This document shows, one piece after another, positions 59,590 through 64,000 of a stretch of 64,000 nt of DNA. The notes beneath the pieces were generated by a model. That model searched no databases. It was not told where the DNA came from and saw only the letters and a program-made list of their open reading frames with translations. This DNA is from Epithemia pelagica (lineage: Eukaryota; Protista; Bacillariophyta), in assembly GCA_946965045.2 (NCBI GenBank), contig OX337231.1, positions 1,798,001-1,862,000 on the forward strand, in the 5' to 3' direction. Made by a program: the position numbers and the translations under genes. The stretch's first letter is position 1. Every line of letters begins with the position of its first letter.

Positions 59590-59939
59590 ATGCGCATCGT
59601 ACCCAACAGGTTAAGCAGGGACCGACGGACGAACGATGAGAGACTAATGACGTCGCTCCCAACAAGATGACAACGACACGTCAGAGTTGGTTGGGGTCAT
59701 CAATGACTCTTATGAGTCATACCCCAACCCATGAGAATATGGAGAAAGGATTCCTAAAGGAGTCATAAGTTTATGAGAAGAAAACTCTTCGGTTGTATCA
59801 CGGATCTGATCACCCATTGATCATCGTGGAGTTCTCTTTTTGTTTTCTTTTTCTCCCTGTTGACCGTGCCAACCACTCGTTCGTTCGCTGTTTGTTTCTT
59901 TTCTGGGTTCTCTTTTTCTTTGCGTTCTCATTACCCGCA

Positions 59940-62300
59940 ATGTTCGATTGGACGGGGACTTCGGAATCCTCGCCCTCTGTGGGGTCAACAGGTGAGTCTT
60001 TTGTGTCAGTTACCGGGGGGGGGGGTGCCCTACGTTTGGGTTCTCTCTTCGGTATCCTGCGGATGGAAGAGTCCGCGTTTGGAGATTTGTGTCGGGGCGT
60101 CATCGGGTCAGGGCAACGCATTTGTTTGCGTTCGGAGTGTAACATTGCCTCCCATTCGGTCAAAAAAGTCAGTTGGGCCCAATTGGTCGGGGATGATTCG
60201 CACTGTATCTTTATCCAAGGTTCCAGTGGTGCAGAAGGCGAAGCCGCAACCAGTGTGTTCGGTTCCCCCGTTCTTCCGGGCTCATGTGTTCGGGATACCG
60301 AATGGGCGGAATTAGAAACGAGCCCTCGGAGTTTAGAAAGCTGGCAAGCTACTTTTGCTTCACTTAAAGATGCCATGCAGAATTCTGGATCCGTTCAAGT
60401 CGACGAGAAGACGGTGGCCGATTTGCTGGAGACCACTAAACATGACGTAAAGTTTGTCTTTATGCCAGCAAGGAAGAAGCATCGGGGCAAGGATAACGAT
60501 ACGAGTACGCCTTCGCAGGCTTACGATCAAAAACCCACTGCCAAGAAACCGATTCCAAAGCCTATTCCTTTCTTCAAGGTGCCCGTTGAATTGGGCTCTC
60601 AGCCTGATAACGCAATTCGTACCCTTATTCAAGGAGCTTGGAGAGACCTGGTAACCAATGTCTCAACTCTCAAGGCTACTATCGAGATCGAGCGTTCCAA
60701 GTTGCCGACTGAGAATGTGGGGGCGGATGCGTATATGGATGAAATTGAGTTGAAGACTTCGGTTTTGCGAGAACTTTTGGGAGATCGACCAGCAGATTTT
60801 GGAACGGCTTCAGCTTTCGGATTACTGTCCCAAGTGATGGAGTCTTTGCGTGATTTGGAGGCATCGATGAATGTTTATAAGGTTCGAGTAGACTCGTTAT
60901 CGGTTGGGTCAATTTCTACTGCGCTGGAACAGCGAATTCAAGTCCTGGAGGATCAAGCACGGTCGTTCGAATCGCTTATGCAAAAGGCGATCAAGGAACA
61001 ACTTGATGACCATTTTACTCGTGGGGAGTTTCGCACTCAGTTCATCGAGCCAACGTTGAAGCTGCTTTCTCGATCGTCTCGAGTGTCAACGGACCCGGGT
61101 GGAAAATGGGAGGATGAACTCACAGGTTTGGCATCCAGAGTTTCGACGTTGGAATCAGCTCAAAGCAATAAACTGTCCTCTGCTTCCGTCAATTTCTTGA
61201 ACCATGGAAGCTCGAACAACTCGTCGGGTCTTTTCCAATGGAATGCTCAAGCTCCCTTGGCATCGACCCCATCAACAACAACAGGAAGTGTGGTGGGGGA
61301 TCTGCGTCAGGAAATGATTGCCTTGAAGGAAGAAGTGGCGCGCTTGAAAGCGGATGTAAAGGATTTGCAGGATCAGGCCGAATCGGACGCCATTGTAATC
61401 GGCTCTATTGTCTTCTCTTCGAAGAAGTTTTGCCAAAGTTGGCTTGTCTTGCATGGGGCCGAAGGAGATCCTCACGTGTTTGTCGATCCTGTATCAATGT
61501 TGTCAATCTCAACATCGGACGCTACCCAGGACGAAGAACGGGCCGCTAACCAGCGAGCAACAACAGCGAAGGTCAAAGACAAATCGCCGTATCATACGGC
61601 CTATATCGCGTCTTTTAGTCTGGAACTACCGCCATTGCTGGGCAAGGGAGGAGATTCATCGCTCACAACTAATTCGCGAGCTTTAGCGGGGGTTCCACGC
61701 TTTGTTGATTTTCACCCACCGTCCGGCAGGGAAGGAATTCAACAACGAATTTTGGATTATATTAAAGACGGGAAGAAGACCTTGCAGGAATCGATTGGCG
61801 ACCTTTTCTCGTTTGGGTCGGAACCGGCAAGCGTCGCTCGAGAACTCTTACTGCTTAGTAAGACGTTCTGGGACGAGCTTTGCCATTGGATGATTCGCTA
61901 TCACCGCGAAATCAAAGAAGAAAGCGACGCTACCGAGCACGAGGTCTGGATACTCATATCGCATTGTGTACGTGCGGTATTTAAGAGTCTGCGTGACGCT
62001 CGTGCTCCCGGTCGTGCATCGTCAACCCCCAGTGGTATGCTGTGGGGAACCCTTCGGGCCCATCAGGTCATGAAGGATTATCGAGGCCACGACTTCAGCG
62101 GCCACCCAAAAATTGCACTAATCTTGCATGAACATCTCATTCGCTTTTCAACGCCTCGCTCAAAATTCGATGAGCTCCAATTGCAATTTGACGAAAAGCT
62201 GGAGAAGGTTCAGCGATCAGTGAACCAAGCGGTGGCAGCTGTGAACAAGAAGGGCAGCAACAACAAATCTACAGGCGAATCCAAGAAGCAACAAGGATGA
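59940..62300 (+). CDS. Gag-like ORF1 of the retroelement
   Basis: Intronless, about 786 aa. N-terminal C-x10-C-x4-C-x4-H motif, several coiled-coil heptad runs, and a basic C-terminus. Confidence 0.65.
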   Translation: MFDWTGTSESSPSVGSTGESFVSVTGGGGALRLGSLFGILRMEESAFGDLCRGVIGSGQRICLRSECNIASHSVKKVSWAQLVGDDSHCIFIQGSSGAEGEAATSVFGSPVLPGSCVRDTEWAELETSPRSLESWQATFASLKDAMQNSGSVQVDEKTVADLLETTKHDVKFVFMPARKKHRGKDNDTSTPSQAYDQKPTAKKPIPKPIPFFKVPVELGSQPDNAIRTLIQGAWRDLVTNVSTLKATIEIERSKLPTENVGADAYMDEIELKTSVLRELLGDRPADFGTASAFGLLSQVMESLRDLEASMNVYKVRVDSLSVGSISTALEQRIQVLEDQARSFESLMQKAIKEQLDDHFTRGEFRTQFIEPTLKLLSRSSRVSTDPGGKWEDELTGLASRVSTLESAQSNKLSSASVNFLNHGSSNNSSGLFQWNAQAPLASTPSTTTGSVVGDLRQEMIALKEEVARLKADVKDLQDQAESDAIVIGSIVFSSKKFCQSWLVLHGAEGDPHVFVDPVSMLSISTSDATQDEERAANQRATTAKVKDKSPYHTAYIASFSLELPPLLGKGGDSSLTTNSRALAGVPRFVDFHPPSGREGIQQRILDYIKDGKKTLQESIGDLFSFGSEPASVARELLLLSKTFWDELCHWMIRYHREIKEESDATEHEVWILISHCVRAVFKSLRDARAPGRASSTPSGMLWGTLRAHQVMKDYRGHDFSGHPKIALILHEHLIRFSTPRSKFDELQLQFDEKLEKVQRSVNQAVAAVNKKGSNNKSTGESKKQQG

Positions 62301-62309
62301 TCCGGACGG

Positions 62310-64000
62310 ATGAACATTGGCGAGAAGGATAACAGGACGAGGGATGAAAGTATATTTGAAGCAAAGACAAGAGAACCAACAACGATTAGTGATGATAATT
62401 TAGACTGTGATGAAATTGATGAAACATCGACACTCTTCCCACTCGGCGTCTTGGAGAAAAAGAACATGGGCCTTCCCGTAGGCTATGGATCGTTGGCGAT
62501 TGGGTTGGTGTGTTTCTCTGTCCCATCTTGGTTTTGGTCAACATCACTCCTGGGCTCTGTGGCGTGGATAGATGTTTGTCACCCCGTCTCTTGGCTCGCT
62601 TCAGTCCAAGGCTCGACACTACCGATGGTGATGGAAGAGAAGGATGCAAGTCCTGACAGAAGAAAGAGAAAGTCCGATGGAAAGCTAAAGACTCCGCCTG
62701 TTTTTGCTGAACGTTGGAACGAGGCTGATGTTATCTTGTTTGATGAGTTGTGCCCGGGGCCCTCCCATGATGTTTGGAAGTCTGTCCGAGTTCAGTTTGT
62801 TGTGTGGTGGAAGAGCAAGTCTTGGAGCGGCCCCCCAAAAGAAGAATCAAGGTGGACCGTTTCGAAACTAAGAATGGAGCATGCAACACTCGGAGGAGTC
62901 ACCACAAGAGTTGACTGGATCTTTGTGGCCTCTCGCTTCATGCACTCAGATCATAAGCAAACCATCAGCTTTTTGGATTGGTGGAAAGGATCAATGGAAA
63001 AGGGATTGAGTTTGACGACGGTTCGTGGCATCATCAAGCCCACGGAGCATGGAAAACCTCGAGCTGTGTCAAAAGTCAAGTCAGAAGATCTGTTGTGTGA
63101 CCGCAAAATGAATTGGAAACTGGATAGGGAGAAGGTTCATATCCTCCCAAGTGTATTTTCTCCAACGGGTCTGGTACAGCGAAAGCTTGTGCCAAAGGAG
63201 TTAGCACTAGCACTGGATTTCCCCTCTGAATTGAGTGCCGGTCGGTCAGACGAGGAACTGTCAGAATTGATTGAAAAGACTGGACCTCTGTTCAAGACGC
63301 GAGTCCAAGTTGTGCGGCTCATCCGTGATTTCATTGAACAGCAAACCTCTGCAAAATCCAAGAAGAGAGAAAGGCCCGAAAGCTCTCGAATGGATTCCAA
63401 GGATGCATCGTCGGTTGTTAGTGCACATGGAATGAAGGTAGACGAAGACGAGCGTGTACCTGATGACATGGAGATACTAACAGACAACGCGCTTCACAAA
63501 TTGGAAAGAGAAGAAGACCGCAATTTAAAAGCAACGAAATCAGACGACGCTGCTATTCCTCACTATTTGTGGAACGATCGAATACTTGATCGTTTCGGGA
63601 TGGTGAACGAAGATGACAGGGCAAGAGGAATCCACGCTCTCGATTGGATAAGACACGGAGCGTTGAGGTACTGGAAACGTTTGGTTTCAGGAAGTTTCTG
63701 GAGTTGGTGGCGCGATTCGCAATCGAGCCTTTCAACATCAGAAAGACAAACTTCAATCGCATCAGGACTCAGCGCTTTACGTCATTCCGCGCTAGCTTCT
63801 TGGTGGGATTGGGATGCAGGGTCGTCCCCCTTTTTCTGGCGGATGCCGGACCCCGATTGGCTCGTTGACATGAGGGATGGGGTAAAACCAATGTGGATTG
63901 GACCCCCACCCAAGTATAGAATACCTCAACGACCTAATCCAGATCCAGCCCATCTCGCGTTAGAAAAAAAGAAGATTGGAAAGGTCCGAAAACGCGGTTA
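62310..64000 (+). CDS. Pol-like ORF2 of the retroelement, N-terminal part (open to the window edge)
   Basis: Manual translation from ATG 62310 gives no stop over 563 codons. It is absent from the ORF track because it has no stop in the window. Confidence 0.75.
   Translation, partial: MNIGEKDNRTRDESIFEAKTREPTTISDDNLDCDEIDETSTLFPLGVLEKKNMGLPVGYGSLAIGLVCFSVPSWFWSTSLLGSVAWIDVCHPVSWLASVQGSTLPMVMEEKDASPDRRKRKSDGKLKTPPVFAERWNEADVILFDELCPGPSHDVWKSVRVQFVVWWKSKSWSGPPKEESRWTVSKLRMEHATLGGVTTRVDWIFVASRFMHSDHKQTISFLDWWKGSMEKGLSLTTVRGIIKPTEHGKPRAVSKVKSEDLLCDRKMNWKLDREKVHILPSVFSPTGLVQRKLVPKELALALDFPSELSAGRSDEELSELIEKTGPLFKTRVQVVRLIRDFIEQQTSAKSKKRERPESSRMDSKDASSVVSAHGMKVDEDERVPDDMEILTDNALHKLEREEDRNLKATKSDDAAIPHYLWNDRILDRFGMVNEDDRARGIHALDWIRHGALRYWKRLVSGSFWSWWRDSQSSLSTSERQTSIASGLSALRHSALASWWDWDAGSSPFFWRMPDPDWLVDMRDGVKPMWIGPPPKYRIPQRPNPDPAHLALEKKKIGKVRKRG

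Larger units (their letters stand above)
59600..64000 (+). mobile_element. 5' part of a retrotransposon, probably DIRS/Ngaro-like (tyrosine-recombinase type); boundary and class tentative
   Basis: Two long intronless tandem ORFs 9 nt apart, a gag-like ORF1 and a pol-like ORF2. ORF2 ends at the edge with KATKSDDA.IP..LW, WW.WD.GSSPFFWR, RDG and K..KVRKRG, motifs I recall preceding the RT core in such diatom elements. The RT, RNase H and YR domains are not visible. Confidence 0.55.

Overview
Gene-dense eukaryotic nuclear DNA, almost certainly from a (probably pennate) diatom. The evidence is compact genes with mostly 70-130 nt GT-AG introns, bipartite signal+'AF' plastid-targeting leaders, a ubiquitin-NiSOD fusion, and DUF285 and diatom-type LRR proteins. 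About 30 protein-coding genes can be modelled. Housekeeping genes include DBP10/DDX54, RPS15, TSEN54-like, AP-1 mu, TM9SF, Pol iota, NAA50, SmB, a cyclophilin and a RelA/SpoT homologue. The window is also rich in mobile DNA: a complete 3.08-kb PIF/Harbinger-superfamily transposon (29-bp TIRs, CAG TSD, two divergent spliced ORFs), three non-autonomous TIR elements (823, about 770 and 991 bp), and the 5' part of a DIRS/Ngaro-like retroelement running off the right edge. The top lead is a locus at 28.9-31.0 kb that appears to fuse a PARP-like ADP-ribosyltransferase domain to a RING + Deltex C-terminal module, a possible single-polypeptide ADP-ribose/ubiquitin writer. The second lead is a degenerate C5-cytosine-methyltransferase-like segment in the retroelement pol ORF. 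All family assignments come from motif recognition by eye, and no database searches were run. No tRNA, rRNA or CRISPR array was recognised.
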